From an uncultured Gammaproteobacteria bacterium (lineage in GTDB: Bacteria; Patescibacteriota; Microgenomatia; 2-02-FULL-39-11), in contig CAYIFB010000004.1 in the NCBI GenBank assembly GCA_964362665.1, positions 13,349 through 77,348 of the forward strand: DNA of 64,000 bases, read 5' to 3'. Below are positions 19,368 to 29,605 of this stretch, piece by piece. The position numbers and the translations under genes are program-made. The notes under the pieces were generated by a model. It was not told where the DNA came from. It worked only from the letters and a program-made list of their open reading frames with translations, and made no database searches. Position 1 is the stretch's first letter. Each line of letters opens with the position of its first letter.

Positions 19368-19751
19368 ATGAATATTGATTATACAGTTCGAACAAAAAAA
19401 TCATTTGATGAAGCAGTTGAAAGCGTGGCGGCCGAAACAGCAAAAGCAGGATTTCGCGTTCTTTATATCCATGATGTGAAGGAAACAGTCGGTAAGAAAG
19501 GATTTGAAATTGAACCATTGAAAATCATAGAAATTTGTAATGCTAAGAATGCTTTTTATGCTCTTAAAACAGATATCCGTCTCTCTCTTTTTCTTCCTTG
19601 TAAAATCAATGTCTATGAGAAAAACGGTAAGATAATTATTTCCGGGATGAGACCGCTTATCATAAAACAGATTTTTCCATCTTTAGATATCCAGGAATTG
19701 CTACAGGAAGTTGAAGCTGCAGTCAAAACAATAGTTGACAGGTCAAAATAA
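19368..19751 (+). CDS. DUF302 domain protein
   Basis: Conserved CN(A) and LPC blocks and the length are typical of DUF302. Confidence 0.7.
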   Translation: MNIDYTVRTKKSFDEAVESVAAETAKAGFRVLYIHDVKETVGKKGFEIEPLKIIEICNAKNAFYALKTDIRLSLFLPCKINVYEKNGKIIISGMRPLIIKQIFPSLDIQELLQEVEAAVKTIVDRSK

Positions 19752-19799
19752 AGTTACTCATCAAATCTTCATAAGTGAATTGTTACTATACAATTTATT

Positions 19800-21281
19800 A
19801 TGAACAAAACAACAATACCGATAAAAGGCATGCATTGCCGTTCCTGCGAACTTTTGATTGAAGATGAGTTAAAAACAGTTTCCGGAGTAAAAAGGGTAGA
19901 AGTAAGTTGGAAAAAGGCCTGTGCGGATGTTTACTATGAAAAAGAAGTTAACAATGATGATATCCGACAAGTCATAGTGAAAGCAGGTTATAAAATAGGT
20001 ATTGAAGAAAAAAAGCCTTTATTTTCGAAAAATTTAGAGGACTATGTGGAAGTAGCCGTCGCAGGGGTTGCTCTTTTCTTCATGTATATCGCTCTTAATA
20101 TATTTGGCCTAAACCAGTATTTCAATGTTTCAACCGTCAGCCCATCCGGTTTAATTCCCATATTTCTCATTGGACTGACTGCCGGTTTTTCTACCTGCAT
20201 GGCTCTGGTTGGAGGATTAATACTTGGAGTTTCAGCCCGTTTTTCTGAAAAGCATCCCGATGCGAATACCCTCACGAAATTTAAGCCTCATATATATTTC
20301 AATACGGGAAGAATCGTCTCTTATGTTTTTTTGGGCGGTATAATTGGAATCATCGGTTCACTTTTTCAACTGTCCAGCTTTAGCTTGGGGTTGATGACTT
20401 TGGGCGTAGCTCTCGTCATGCTCACCTTGGGAATCCAACTGACGGGACTTTTTCCCAAAATAAGCAGTGCCGGCTTTACCATCCCTACAGGTATCAGCAG
20501 GTTAATCGGAATAAATGATTATCAGAAAAATACTTACAGCCACAGAAATTCTTTTGTACTCGGTGCTTTGACGTTTTTCCTGCCCTGCGGGTTTACCCAA
20601 GCAATGCAGCTTCTGGCGATTTCGAGCGGCAGTTTTTGGAAAGGCGCAACCATTATGGGTGTCTTTGCCCTTGGTACTGCTCCGGGACTTCTGGGAATAG
20701 GCAGTATTACTTCCATTCTAAAAGGATTTTTTGCACAGAAATTCTTCAGGTTTGCCGGTGTCGTAGTAACAGTCTTGGCTTTATATAACATGCAAAATGG
20801 ATTCAATCTTATGGGACTTTCTCCTATATTTTCTTTATCTTCAGGCAATAATGCCTTAGCTGCTTCTAACGTTCCAAATATTGTAGATGGAGTTCAAATA
20901 ATAAAAATGACCCAATCCGGCAACGGTTACAGCCCAAACGAATTTACTGTTGTAAGAGGAACCCCGGTAAAATGGATAATTACTTCAGTGAATTCCAATT
21001 CCTGCGCCAGCAGTATTATTTCCCAGAAATTAAATATCCGAAAAAATCTGGTATCAGGAGAAAATGTGATTGAGTTTACTCCAACAAATACAGGAAGAAT
21101 ACCGTTCTCCTGTAGCATGGGCATGTTTACTGGTGTAATTAATGTTGTTGAGAAAGGTTCTAAAGTATCAACTCTGCCACAGAATAATATTGTACAAGCA
21201 CAAGCAGTCAAAACAGGAGGATCGTGCGGTATGGGCGGAGGCTGCGGCTGTGGCGCAAGAAACCAGGCATTAGCACAGTAA
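19800..21281 (+). CDS. Multidomain protein: N-terminal HMA metal-binding domain, polytopic permease core with TM cysteines, C-terminal cupredoxin-like domain, Gly/Cys-rich tail
   Basis: GMHCRSC in the HMA fold; TM Cys in STCMA and LPCGF (DsbD/CcdA- or TauE-like core); C-terminal beta domain with FSCSMGM; tail GGSCGMGGGCGCG. Confidence 0.55.
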   Translation: MNKTTIPIKGMHCRSCELLIEDELKTVSGVKRVEVSWKKACADVYYEKEVNNDDIRQVIVKAGYKIGIEEKKPLFSKNLEDYVEVAVAGVALFFMYIALNIFGLNQYFNVSTVSPSGLIPIFLIGLTAGFSTCMALVGGLILGVSARFSEKHPDANTLTKFKPHIYFNTGRIVSYVFLGGIIGIIGSLFQLSSFSLGLMTLGVALVMLTLGIQLTGLFPKISSAGFTIPTGISRLIGINDYQKNTYSHRNSFVLGALTFFLPCGFTQAMQLLAISSGSFWKGATIMGVFALGTAPGLLGIGSITSILKGFFAQKFFRFAGVVVTVLALYNMQNGFNLMGLSPIFSLSSGNNALAASNVPNIVDGVQIIKMTQSGNGYSPNEFTVVRGTPVKWIITSVNSNSCASSIISQKLNIRKNLVSGENVIEFTPTNTGRIPFSCSMGMFTGVINVVEKGSKVSTLPQNNIVQAQAVKTGGSCGMGGGCGCGARNQALAQ

Positions 21282-21286
21282 AATCT

Positions 21287-21502
21287 ATGAATAATTATAT
21301 CTTAAATCTAAAAATATCCGGTATAACTTGTGAAGCTTGCATTAAACTGATAAAGAAAAAAGTTGGGAAAATTATCGGTGTTGAAGATGTAGTTATTAAG
21401 GACAATAATGGAGAGACTTTGATTGTAAGCGAAAATCAATTAAAAATTTCTGATATCGAAATAGCTTTAAAAGGTCTGCCTTACATAGTGCAAGAAGCAT
21501 AA
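21287..21502 (+). CDS. copZ: Copper chaperone CopZ-like (single HMA domain)
   Basis: GITCEACI motif and a 71-aa ferredoxin-like HMA domain. The ORF-track start at 21224 overlaps the previous gene in another frame and is rejected. Confidence 0.7.
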   Translation: MNNYILNLKISGITCEACIKLIKKKVGKIIGVEDVVIKDNNGETLIVSENQLKISDIEIALKGLPYIVQEA

Positions 21503-21504
21503 AT

Positions 21505-24483
21505 ATGTCAAAGAATATAAATCTGACTATTTCGGGAATGCATTGTGGATCATGTGAAACTCTGATAAAAGATGAACTGTCAGAAATCTCAGGAGTGAAA
21601 GTCGAAAGTATTGATCATAAAAGCGGAAAAGCATTACTATTTCTTGAGAAAGAAAATATCCAGCTTAATGAATTGATAGAAGCGATTAAACGGGCAGGTT
21701 ATCAGGCCAAAATTGATTTGGAGCAAGATGTGCAGGTCGGAAAAACCGGGAATGGAAAATCTGCTCATGAAAACGAAGTTTTATTTCAACATAATATTAC
21801 GAAATCAAATAAACCATTTAAAATTACGGTTGAATCTGAAGTTATCGCAGAAGGAAAGATTTCCAAAGACTCTAAAGGTGAACCATATTTTGACGGTACT
21901 GTAAAAAACAAAAAGAATACTAAAGTATCCGTCCCAGAAGGACAGGTGGGTGTCAATAATTTCCTGCAAGAAATTTTATCCTCAATAGATACAGTAAAAC
22001 TGTTTGGCCGAGTAGAATTTCCCTCAAATCCTAGTGATAATAACGGGATAACTCAAATTACAACTTCCGGGGTTGCCAATAAGGTCGCCGTTTCCGAAGA
22101 AAAGAAAGATACATTAAAAACAAACAGCCAGCAAAGAATAAATTTATCTTTATCAGGCATGCATTGTTCTTCCTGTGCCGCCATTATTGAAAGGTCTCTC
22201 AAAAAGCTGGCAGGTGTATCAAAAGCTAATGTTAATTTCGCTGCAGAAAAAGCTCTCGTTTTTTATGATGAAAATAGCACTAAGGTTGACAATCTTATCT
22301 CTGCCGTTAAAAAAGCAGGTTACCTTGCAACTGTTGTGAAAGAAAATGATACCGAGTTTGAGAGGAATAAAAGAGAAAAAGAAATAAAAAATCTTTTTGA
22401 GGCATTCATGAATAGTCTTCTGCTTTCTTTACCTATGATATATTTCATGTTATTTGATTTTATAGCTTGGATACCCGGAAAAGTATTACTCACTCCCTTT
22501 ATCGGAATATTTTCCCTTTTATTATCGACACCGGTTCAGTTTATTATCGGTTTAAGGTTTTATAAGGGCATGTGGTCGGCTCTTAGAATGAAAACCTTCA
22601 ACATGGACAGTCTGATTGCAATAGGTACATCCACAGCCTATTTCTACTCACTTCTCAATTTCGCATATTATTATATAAGGACGGGATCGCTTATCGGTCT
22701 TACGGGCACAAAGATTCCGGAATTATATTTTGAAACTGCGGCATTTCTAATCACTTTTGTCATCTTGGGCAAATGGCTGGAACTGCGGGCAAAGGGACGA
22801 ACATCTGATGCCATAAAAAAATTGATGGGCCTAGCCGCTAAAACTGCCAGAGTCGTAAGAAATGGAAATACAGAAGATATATCAATTGATGAAGTAAAAG
22901 TCGGTGATATTATTTTGGTTCGTCCGGGAGAGAAAATTCCAATAGACGGAAAAATCACAAAAGGCTCCTCCAGCGTCGATGAATCCATGCTCACTGGAGA
23001 AAGCATTCCTGTTGAAAAACATATCGGAGACATAGTTACCGGTGCAACCATGAATAAGATGGGCAGTTTTGAGTTTACGGCCACACGGGTTGGATCAGAA
23101 ACAACTCTGGCCCAAATTATAAGACTGATTGAAGAAGCTCAAGGGTCTAAAGCTCCTATTCAGGCATTTGCGGATAAAATTTCAGCTTGGTTCGTGCCTC
23201 TGGTAATTACTATTGCCATCCTGACATTCGTATCATGGTATTTCTTTTTGGGAGCATCTCTTGCTTTTTCTTTAATGGCATTCACGTCGGTAATTGTTAT
23301 CGCCTGTCCATGCGCGTTAGGATTGGCCACTCCTACTGCTCTTATGGTTGGTACTGGCAAAGGGGCGGAATACGGTGTACTAATTAAGGGTGGAGAGCCT
23401 TTGGAGTCTGCCTGCAAAATAAATACAGTTATTTTTGATAAGACGGGAACTTTAACAAACGGAAAACCAATAGTAACAGACGTTATGGGTATCGGAAATT
23501 TGAATAATGATTATATTCTCTCTTTGTCTGCAAGTCTGGAAAAATCATCAGAACACCCTTTGGCTGAAGCAATAATAAATTATGCAAAGGAGGAACGAAT
23601 CACAGTTAAAGATGCAAACAATTTCCAGGCTATTGCCGGACATGGTGTAACCGGAGAAATAGACACAGTAAAGTATTATTTCGGTAACAGAAAACTTATT
23701 ACTGATGAGGCGAGATTATCTATTGATAATATTGATCTAAAACTAGAGCGACTTGAAGATCAGGGTAAAACAGCTATGATCCTTTCAAATAATAAAGAAA
23801 TATTAGGTTTGATTGCGGTGGCTGATACTGTAAAAGAAACTTCAAAAGAAGCGGTGGCGAGTCTTAAGAAACGCGGTATTGAAATTTATATGATTACAGG
23901 CGATAACAGAAGGACTGCAGAAGCGATCGCCCGTGAGGTTGGAATTGATCATGTACTTGCTGAGGTATTGCCGGAGGATAAAGCCAGTGAAGTAAAAAAG
24001 ATTCAGGAAAATGGAAAAAAGGTTGCCATGGTTGGCGACGGAATTAATGATGCACCAGCCTTAGCGCAAGCTGATATAGGTATTGCCATGGGTAGTGGAA
24101 CTGACGTAGCTATGGAAGCGGGTGGAATCGTAATCATGAAAAATGACCTAAGAGATGTTGTAACTGCTTTTGATTTATCGAAGGAAACAATGGGCAAGAT
24201 CAAACAAAATATGTTTTTCGCGCTTTTTTATAATGTGATTGGAATCCCGATTGCTGCCAGAGTTTTTATGTCGATAGGTTTAGTGCTTAAACCGGAGCTG
24301 GCAGGACTGGCAATGGCATTCTCTTCCATATCTGTTGTGTCGAATTCCCTTCTACTGAGATATTTCCGTCCCGGAAAAAGGAATTATATTTCTATGATTG
24401 CGCCAATTGCAATGATGCTTTTCTTCACTTTTTTCTTTATAGAATTTGGCAGAATAAGCAGTTCTATGGCTGCAGGAAAATAG
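21505..24483 (+). CDS. copA: P1B-1 copper(I)-translocating ATPase CopA with two N-terminal HMA domains
   Basis: Two GMHCxSC motifs, CPC in TM6 ([10 protein letters not shown]), DKTGTLT and GDGINDAP. There is an unusually long linker of about 140 aa between the HMA domains. Confidence 0.9.
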   Translation: MSKNINLTISGMHCGSCETLIKDELSEISGVKVESIDHKSGKALLFLEKENIQLNELIEAIKRAGYQAKIDLEQDVQVGKTGNGKSAHENEVLFQHNITKSNKPFKITVESEVIAEGKISKDSKGEPYFDGTVKNKKNTKVSVPEGQVGVNNFLQEILSSIDTVKLFGRVEFPSNPSDNNGITQITTSGVANKVAVSEEKKDTLKTNSQQRINLSLSGMHCSSCAAIIERSLKKLAGVSKANVNFAAEKALVFYDENSTKVDNLISAVKKAGYLATVVKENDTEFERNKREKEIKNLFEAFMNSLLLSLPMIYFMLFDFIAWIPGKVLLTPFIGIFSLLLSTPVQFIIGLRFYKGMWSALRMKTFNMDSLIAIGTSTAYFYSLLNFAYYYIRTGSLIGLTGTKIPELYFETAAFLITFVILGKWLELRAKGRTSDAIKKLMGLAAKTARVVRNGNTEDISIDEVKVGDIILVRPGEKIPIDGKITKGSSSVDESMLTGESIPVEKHIGDIVTGATMNKMGSFEFTATRVGSETTLAQIIRLIEEAQGSKAPIQAFADKISAWFVPLVITIAILTFVSWYFFLGASLAFSLMAFTSVIVIACPCALGLATPTALMVGTGKGAEYGVLIKGGEPLESACKINTVIFDKTGTLTNGKPIVTDVMGIGNLNNDYILSLSASLEKSSEHPLAEAIINYAKEERITVKDANNFQAIAGHGVTGEIDTVKYYFGNRKLITDEARLSIDNIDLKLERLEDQGKTAMILSNNKEILGLIAVADTVKETSKEAVASLKKRGIEIYMITGDNRRTAEAIAREVGIDHVLAEVLPEDKASEVKKIQENGKKVAMVGDGINDAPALAQADIGIAMGSGTDVAMEAGGIVIMKNDLRDVVTAFDLSKETMGKIKQNMFFALFYNVIGIPIAARVFMSIGLVLKPELAGLAMAFSSISVVSNSLLLRYFRPGKRNYISMIAPIAMMLFFTFFFIEFGRISSSMAAGK

Positions 24484-24549
24484 TTCGCTTTCTTCATAAT
24501 ATCTTAATAATCCTCTAGGTATAATCCCCTTATTAGGAGGTAAAACAAT

Positions 24550-25086
24550 ATGAAGTTGTCTCGTTTTAGTAATATGGGTACCGATAAACTGATTTTTGCC
24601 TTGATTGGTGGATTTACGGTAATAATCCTTATTTTAATTGTCATTTTTTCCATCAATGAAGGAAAGCAAAGTCAGACCGCCGCGGATATTACCACATTTT
24701 CCGTAAAAGATAAAGACAAGCCGGAGGCTAGTGTCTCCTCCGTATTTTCAGACCTTGGCAAGATGAAAGTCAAAGATGAGAAATCTGCTGAGTTTACTAT
24801 TGAAAATAAAGGCACTAAAACTCTTTCTCTGTTTAAAGTCAAATCATCTTGCGATTGCACCTTTGGACAAATAACTATCAATGGCAACAAAAGCCCCGAA
24901 TTTGGTATGCATTCTCAAAATAGCTGGACAGGAAGCCTTGCTCCAGGTAAAAAAGCCATGCTAAATGTTACCTATAAACCATATATAATGCCGGTTAAAG
25001 GTATTATAACCCGTGATGTTTATATGCAGACAAATGACCCGCAAAAACCTCAACTTACTTTTACTGTAAAAGCGTTTGTTGAATAA
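24550..25086 (+). CDS. DUF1573 domain protein, membrane-anchored
   Basis: SCDCT motif inside an Ig-like repeat pattern typical of DUF1573 (SCGCT); N-terminal signal anchor; GGAGG ribosome-binding site. Confidence 0.6.
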   Translation: MKLSRFSNMGTDKLIFALIGGFTVIILILIVIFSINEGKQSQTAADITTFSVKDKDKPEASVSSVFSDLGKMKVKDEKSAEFTIENKGTKTLSLFKVKSSCDCTFGQITINGNKSPEFGMHSQNSWTGSLAPGKKAMLNVTYKPYIMPVKGIITRDVYMQTNDPQKPQLTFTVKAFVE

Positions 25087-25089
25087 AGT

Positions 25090-25920
25090 ATGAATTCAAA
25101 TCTTTTTTTCGGTGTATCCTTGACAGCTTCTTTTTTGGGAGGTATGGTTGCCCTTTTTGCCCCCTGTTGTATAACTTTTCTTTTTCCGTCATATCTCGGA
25201 ACAATTTTTAAAGAACGAAAAAGGATAGTTTTTCTTACACTTATCTTTGCCCTTGGTTTGGGATCAATTCTCGTTCCTGTTGCATTGGGAATGAAAATAA
25301 TAGTATCTTTCTTTGACCAATTTCATACTACCACCTATCTTTTCGGATCACTTCTTATGTTTATTCTCGGCCTGATGACTCTTTTTGACGCCAAATTGAT
25401 GCTGCCTCTCCCCCATTTCACCATGCCAAATAAAACAACAGTTGGTTCAACCTATCTTCTGGGACTATTTTCAGGCATTACTTCTTCCTGTTGTGCGCCG
25501 GTACTTTTTGGTGCGATTACTCTTTCGTCACTATCTCCCACTATCATTACTTCACTTATCGTTTCTCTGGTATACGTTCTTGGTATAGTATTTCCATTGT
25601 TCTTTCTCTCTTTGTTTTATGAAAAAATTACAAATCAATATCTTTATAACTTCAAACAGCGAGTAGAAAAACCGCTAAAAATACTTGCCTCTTTCACTTT
25701 CATGATTTCATCAATCATTATTGCTTATATGGCTTTAACTGATAGAATTAAAATGGATTCGAATATGGAATACGGCCGGGGTCTGAGGAATTTTATTTTT
25801 GATATTTCAGGAAAATTACAGAATCCTATTTTGGATATTTTGGTACTTGTCGGAATTATTCTTTTATTTAAAATTATCTTAAAGGAGGCACATAATGAAA
25901 ACAAAAAAGTTTCTAAATAA
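25090..25920 (+). CDS. Integral membrane protein with two Cys-Cys dyads in TM helices (DsbD/CcdA-superfamily-like or metal permease)
   Basis: FAPCC in TM1 and SSCCAP in a later TM suggest an inverted-repeat topology; about 6 TM helices. Confidence 0.45.
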   Translation: MNSNLFFGVSLTASFLGGMVALFAPCCITFLFPSYLGTIFKERKRIVFLTLIFALGLGSILVPVALGMKIIVSFFDQFHTTTYLFGSLLMFILGLMTLFDAKLMLPLPHFTMPNKTTVGSTYLLGLFSGITSSCCAPVLFGAITLSSLSPTIITSLIVSLVYVLGIVFPLFFLSLFYEKITNQYLYNFKQRVEKPLKILASFTFMISSIIIAYMALTDRIKMDSNMEYGRGLRNFIFDISGKLQNPILDILVLVGIILLFKIILKEAHNENKKVSK

Positions 25921-26857
25921 TATCAAATCCAGGAAAGGCTATTTTTTAGGTCTGGCAACAGGTTTACTTATTACTATTCTAGTTCTGAAACTTGTTCCAC
26001 TTTTATTAGTTAAATCACAAACCATATCTTACACACTACCGTTTTTGAAAAAACAGCCAACACTTACTCCTGACCCGGTGAAACAACAGGAAGAAATCAC
26101 TAAATCCGTATTTCCGGATAAAGTAAATCTGCAGGTCTCGTATGGGGATGTTATCGTAAAAATGGTTCAATACGGCGCGATTGATAAAGAAAAGTTTTTC
26201 AAGTTATATGAGGGACGGGGAGGATTGACTGAGGATGAGAAAAAGTTATTTGAAAGTTCCTCTGACGAACCTATAATTGTGAACCAGCAAAATGCCAACC
26301 TGATATTAAATCTTTTGTGGCCGCTTGGTATTGCTAATCAAACAAACGTGCTGGCCGAGGGCCCGATGGGAACACAATATAAAAAAGAAGTTGGTAATTT
26401 TGCTTCCACCGGAGGATGGACACTTGGCAAAGAACCAGGAGGAAGTCTTTTTAATAAATACCCTATTCTGCCATTATCCTCCGATGAGGAAAAAATCGTG
26501 ACTGAAATTGCTCAGAATATCTATCGGCCATGCTGTGGTAATAGCACTTATTTCCCGGACTGTAATCATGGAGCAGCTATGCTGGGATTTATAGAAATAG
26601 CCGTCAAACAAGAAATGTCAAAGGAAGATATTTATAAAAAAGCCTTAGCATTAAATTCTTATTGGTTCCCACAAACATATGCCGAGTTGGGAATATATTT
26701 CAAACAAAAGAAAAATATTTCATGGGATAAAGTAGATGCCAAACTTGTGTTAGGAATTGACTACTCAAGCGGACAGGGATATAGAGTAATCAATAAAGAG
26801 TTACAGACTGAAGGTCTTCTTCCTAAAGTTGAGGGCGGTGGCGGATGCGGAGTGTAG
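25895..26857 (+). CDS. Exported or anchored hypothetical protein with conserved Cys cluster and Gly/Cys C-terminus
   Basis: AAGGAGG ribosome-binding site; N-terminal TM anchor; RPCCGNSTYFPDCNHGAAM motif; ends in VEGGGGCGV. It overlaps the upstream gene by 26 bp. Confidence 0.45.
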   Translation: MKTKKFLNNIKSRKGYFLGLATGLLITILVLKLVPLLLVKSQTISYTLPFLKKQPTLTPDPVKQQEEITKSVFPDKVNLQVSYGDVIVKMVQYGAIDKEKFFKLYEGRGGLTEDEKKLFESSSDEPIIVNQQNANLILNLLWPLGIANQTNVLAEGPMGTQYKKEVGNFASTGGWTLGKEPGGSLFNKYPILPLSSDEEKIVTEIAQNIYRPCCGNSTYFPDCNHGAAMLGFIEIAVKQEMSKEDIYKKALALNSYWFPQTYAELGIYFKQKKNISWDKVDAKLVLGIDYSSGQGYRVINKELQTEGLLPKVEGGGGCGV

Positions 26858-26929
26858 AAAATATTTGCCATTTAGACAGTAATTGTCTATAATTTTTAGG
26901 GTTAATAAAATTTTAGGAGGTTAATAAAT

Positions 26930-27421
26930 ATGGCAGATACACAGGCGAGTCCCGAAAACAAAGGTGTTAATCCTTTAATTTGGGTAGTAGTTATTGTCTT
27001 GGTGGTTGTTGGAGGCGGTTATTATTTTATGAGCGCAAATAAAAAGACATCTGAACCCGCGACAAAGGAAGTCAATACAGCGCCTTCAATCCAAAAAGAT
27101 TCCAATTCTCCAGTTACAAGCGGATCAGCTTCCAAGGTAACTGAAAATATAAAAACGATAGAGATAGAGGGAGGATCTTTCTATTTCAAACCGGATAAAA
27201 TCACAGTCAAAGTTGGTGACCGTATTAAAATCTTACTCAAATCTGTGGATAAAATTCATAACTTATATATTGACGAATTTAATGTCAAAAGTTCTGATGC
27301 TAAAAGCGGTGAAGCTACTACAGTAGAATTTACCGCCGGGGAAAAAGGTTCATACGAGTTTTATTGTGCCATCGGACAGCATCGGGCAATGGGAATGAAA
27401 GGCACCCTGATTGTAGAGTAA
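26930..27421 (+). CDS. Membrane-anchored cupredoxin (type-1 copper site) domain protein
   Basis: N-terminal TM segment; C-terminal cupredoxin with the ligand pattern C-x4-H-x3-M (YCAIGQHRAMGM). Confidence 0.7.
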   Translation: MADTQASPENKGVNPLIWVVVIVLVVVGGGYYFMSANKKTSEPATKEVNTAPSIQKDSNSPVTSGSASKVTENIKTIEIEGGSFYFKPDKITVKVGDRIKILLKSVDKIHNLYIDEFNVKSSDAKSGEATTVEFTAGEKGSYEFYCAIGQHRAMGMKGTLIVE

Positions 27422-27443
27422 ATAATTCTTTATATTTTTTAAA

Positions 27444-27473
27444 ATGCTCCCCTCATCCGGGAGCATTTTTTTA
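27444..27473. terminator. Bidirectional rho-independent terminator between convergent genes
   Basis: Stem ATGCTCCC/GGGAGCAT (8 bp), 7-nt loop, followed by T7. It is preceded by an A-run on the opposite strand. Confidence 0.7.
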
Positions 27474-27474
27474 C

Positions 27475-28443
27475 CTAAATAAATTCAATAATTAAAAACA
27501 TCAGATAGGCTACGATAAGCAGAATTCCTTCCCATCTTTCAAGACTGTGTTTGGTGCGAATGAATATAAAAAACATCACAAAAGTCACGATAAAAGTAAA
27601 TATCGCTATGTAATATTCAGATATAATCTGTACGGTAATAGGACTTATAAGCGCGGTTAAACCGATGATAAACGTCCCGTTTGCTACAAGTGAACCGAGC
27701 AAATTCCCCAAAAACATTTCCGATTCTTTTTTCTTTATCGCTTCAATTTCAAAAGCCAGTTCAGGAAGAGAAGTTCCCACTGCAACAATAAATAATCCGA
27801 CTAAAATTATAGGTATACCCATCCCCTTCGCAAACGAACTGCTAAGTCTGACAATCATATCAGAGCTAAATAGTATGGCTGAAATTCCCAAAAAGGTATA
27901 CATAAAATCTTTGGCTACGTGGTTGTGATGAATTCTCCGTAGAAGTCCGACAATAATCCCGTCTTCATTTTCAAAATATTTCCGTCTCCGGTTTAATATC
28001 AGATAATTATAAAATCCATACATTGAGATAAGTATTAGTCCGTCAACTCTGGACAAGGTTTTATCAAGAAGAAGAAGAAAAGGTATTATTCCGGCAATGA
28101 ACGCATGCAATAGATCTTTTGCCTCAATATCATGGTTTTTTACTTTTAAAGATCCGCCAATAACTGCCGCTAAACCGACTATCAGCGATATATCAGCGAT
28201 GTTTGACCCTATCACATTCCCTAAAGAAAGAATCGGCTGATTTTCCAATGCTGAAGATATTCCCACAAATAGTTCCGGCAGTGATGTAGCCATTCCGATA
28301 ATTATTGCTGTCAGATAAAAACTGCCCAATTTTGTTTTGCGGGCAATTAACTTAAGATGAACAACAATAATGTCTGTTGCCTTAATTAGAATAATGGAAA
28401 ATAAGATGATGCCCAGAAACTGAAGTATCGGCAGGATAAACAT
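27475..28443 (-). CDS. Ca2+/Na+ (cation) antiporter, CaCA family (YrbG-like)
   Basis: Two alpha-repeat motifs: GNVIGSNIADISL and GTSLPEL. Confidence 0.8.
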   Translation of the reverse strand: MFILPILQFLGIILFSIILIKATDIIVVHLKLIARKTKLGSFYLTAIIIGMATSLPELFVGISSALENQPILSLGNVIGSNIADISLIVGLAAVIGGSLKVKNHDIEAKDLLHAFIAGIIPFLLLLDKTLSRVDGLILISMYGFYNYLILNRRRKYFENEDGIIVGLLRRIHHNHVAKDFMYTFLGISAILFSSDMIVRLSSSFAKGMGIPIILVGLFIVAVGTSLPELAFEIEAIKKKESEMFLGNLLGSLVANGTFIIGLTALISPITVQIISEYYIAIFTFIVTFVMFFIFIRTKHSLERWEGILLIVAYLMFLIIEFI

Positions 28444-28476
28444 AGATTATATTATATCAATAGATTTAACATTTAT

Positions 28477-28803
28477 TTAATATTTATTAATGAAGAAACT
28501 TAGATTTATTTTATCTCCGGGCTGAATACTTTTCATCATAACCGAACCTGAAGGCATTTCCATAACTTTTCTATAAACCGGATTCCAGAAAAAAAATCTG
28601 TTCGGAGATAGACCTTTTTTTATTTTACGGACAGTATTTTTTTCATCCAAAATCAGGACGTCTATCTTATGTCTCATGCCGAAAGTATGTATACCAAATC
28701 TGGTTTCTAGATAAAGAAAAGTCTTGTCATCTTTTCCAATTAATCCAACACACTTTTCCGAAAATTTATCAGCTTTAACTGCTTTTAACCTGATGGTTTT
28801 CAT
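28477..28803 (-). CDS. DUF192 domain protein
   Basis: Conserved FGIHTFGM...DVLILD block typical of DUF192/COG1430. Confidence 0.6.
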   Translation of the reverse strand: MKTIRLKAVKADKFSEKCVGLIGKDDKTFLYLETRFGIHTFGMRHKIDVLILDEKNTVRKIKKGLSPNRFFFWNPVYRKVMEMPSGSVMMKSIQPGDKINLSFFINKY

Positions 28804-28837
28804 GTGATTTTACTTCTCATTCTGTTAAAATAATATC

Positions 28838-29605
28838 ATGATTTCAAGAAAATTAATTTTCAGAGATCCCAGATTTCAGGTAAGTATCGTGCTGCTTCTG
28901 ATTTGGTTTTTAAATCTATTCTTCGCTGCGAATATTAACGTTTTAATTTATCCTTTACTTGGAGTTCTTCTTTTTTCACTTTTCGATCTGATCTACACCT
29001 ATTTCAAATCAAAAAGATTTTATCTTCCTTTTTCGGCAATTGTCTCCGGACTAATAATGGGGCTCATTCTTGATTATACTCAAGGTTTATTTCCACTATT
29101 AATCGCTGTTTTGGCGGCGTTTATCTCAAAACATTTTATTAAGATAAAACAGAATCACATTTTCAATCCCGCGGCTTTTGGTGTGTTTGTATCATCTCTA
29201 ATTACTCACTCGTCCATCTCCTGGTGGTCAGTTGTAACTGTAAAAATTTTTCTTTTACCTCTTTTATTTCTCTTGCCTATATTACATAGACTGCGAAGAC
29301 TTCATATTCCGCTTATCTTTCTGGGAGGGATGTTTATTTATCTAATTCTTACAACAGGCTTTCCATCAACGCTTACTTTGATATCCGACGGGTCTCTCCT
29401 TTTTTTCGCCTTAATAATGCTGACTGAACCCATGACAACGAAGATATTCAACTTCTGGAAATATGGTTCGCCTCTGATTTACCTAGCGATTTATATAATT
29501 TTTATCACATTAAGAGTATTTGGTCCGGATTTATTTCTTACCTCTCTACTTCTGGTAAATTTTTTAAGTTGCATTCCTAATCTATCCCCCCAACAAAGCA
29601 GATAA
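28838..29605 (+). CDS. RnfD/NqrB-like membrane protein (tentative)
   Basis: HIFNPAAFG and MLTEP blocks reminiscent of RnfD/NqrB. It is shorter than canonical RnfD. Confidence 0.3.
   Translation: MISRKLIFRDPRFQVSIVLLLIWFLNLFFAANINVLIYPLLGVLLFSLFDLIYTYFKSKRFYLPFSAIVSGLIMGLILDYTQGLFPLLIAVLAAFISKHFIKIKQNHIFNPAAFGVFVSSLITHSSISWWSVVTVKIFLLPLLFLLPILHRLRRLHIPLIFLGGMFIYLILTTGFPSTLTLISDGSLLFFALIMLTEPMTTKIFNFWKYGSPLIYLAIYIIFITLRVFGPDLFLTSLLLVNFLSCIPNLSPQQSR

Noticed and set aside
21224-21502. ORF-track start for CopZ at 21224
   Set aside because: The 5' part overlaps the end of the upstream gene in another frame and translates its G/C-rich tail. The HMA domain begins at the ATG at 21287, which I use instead.
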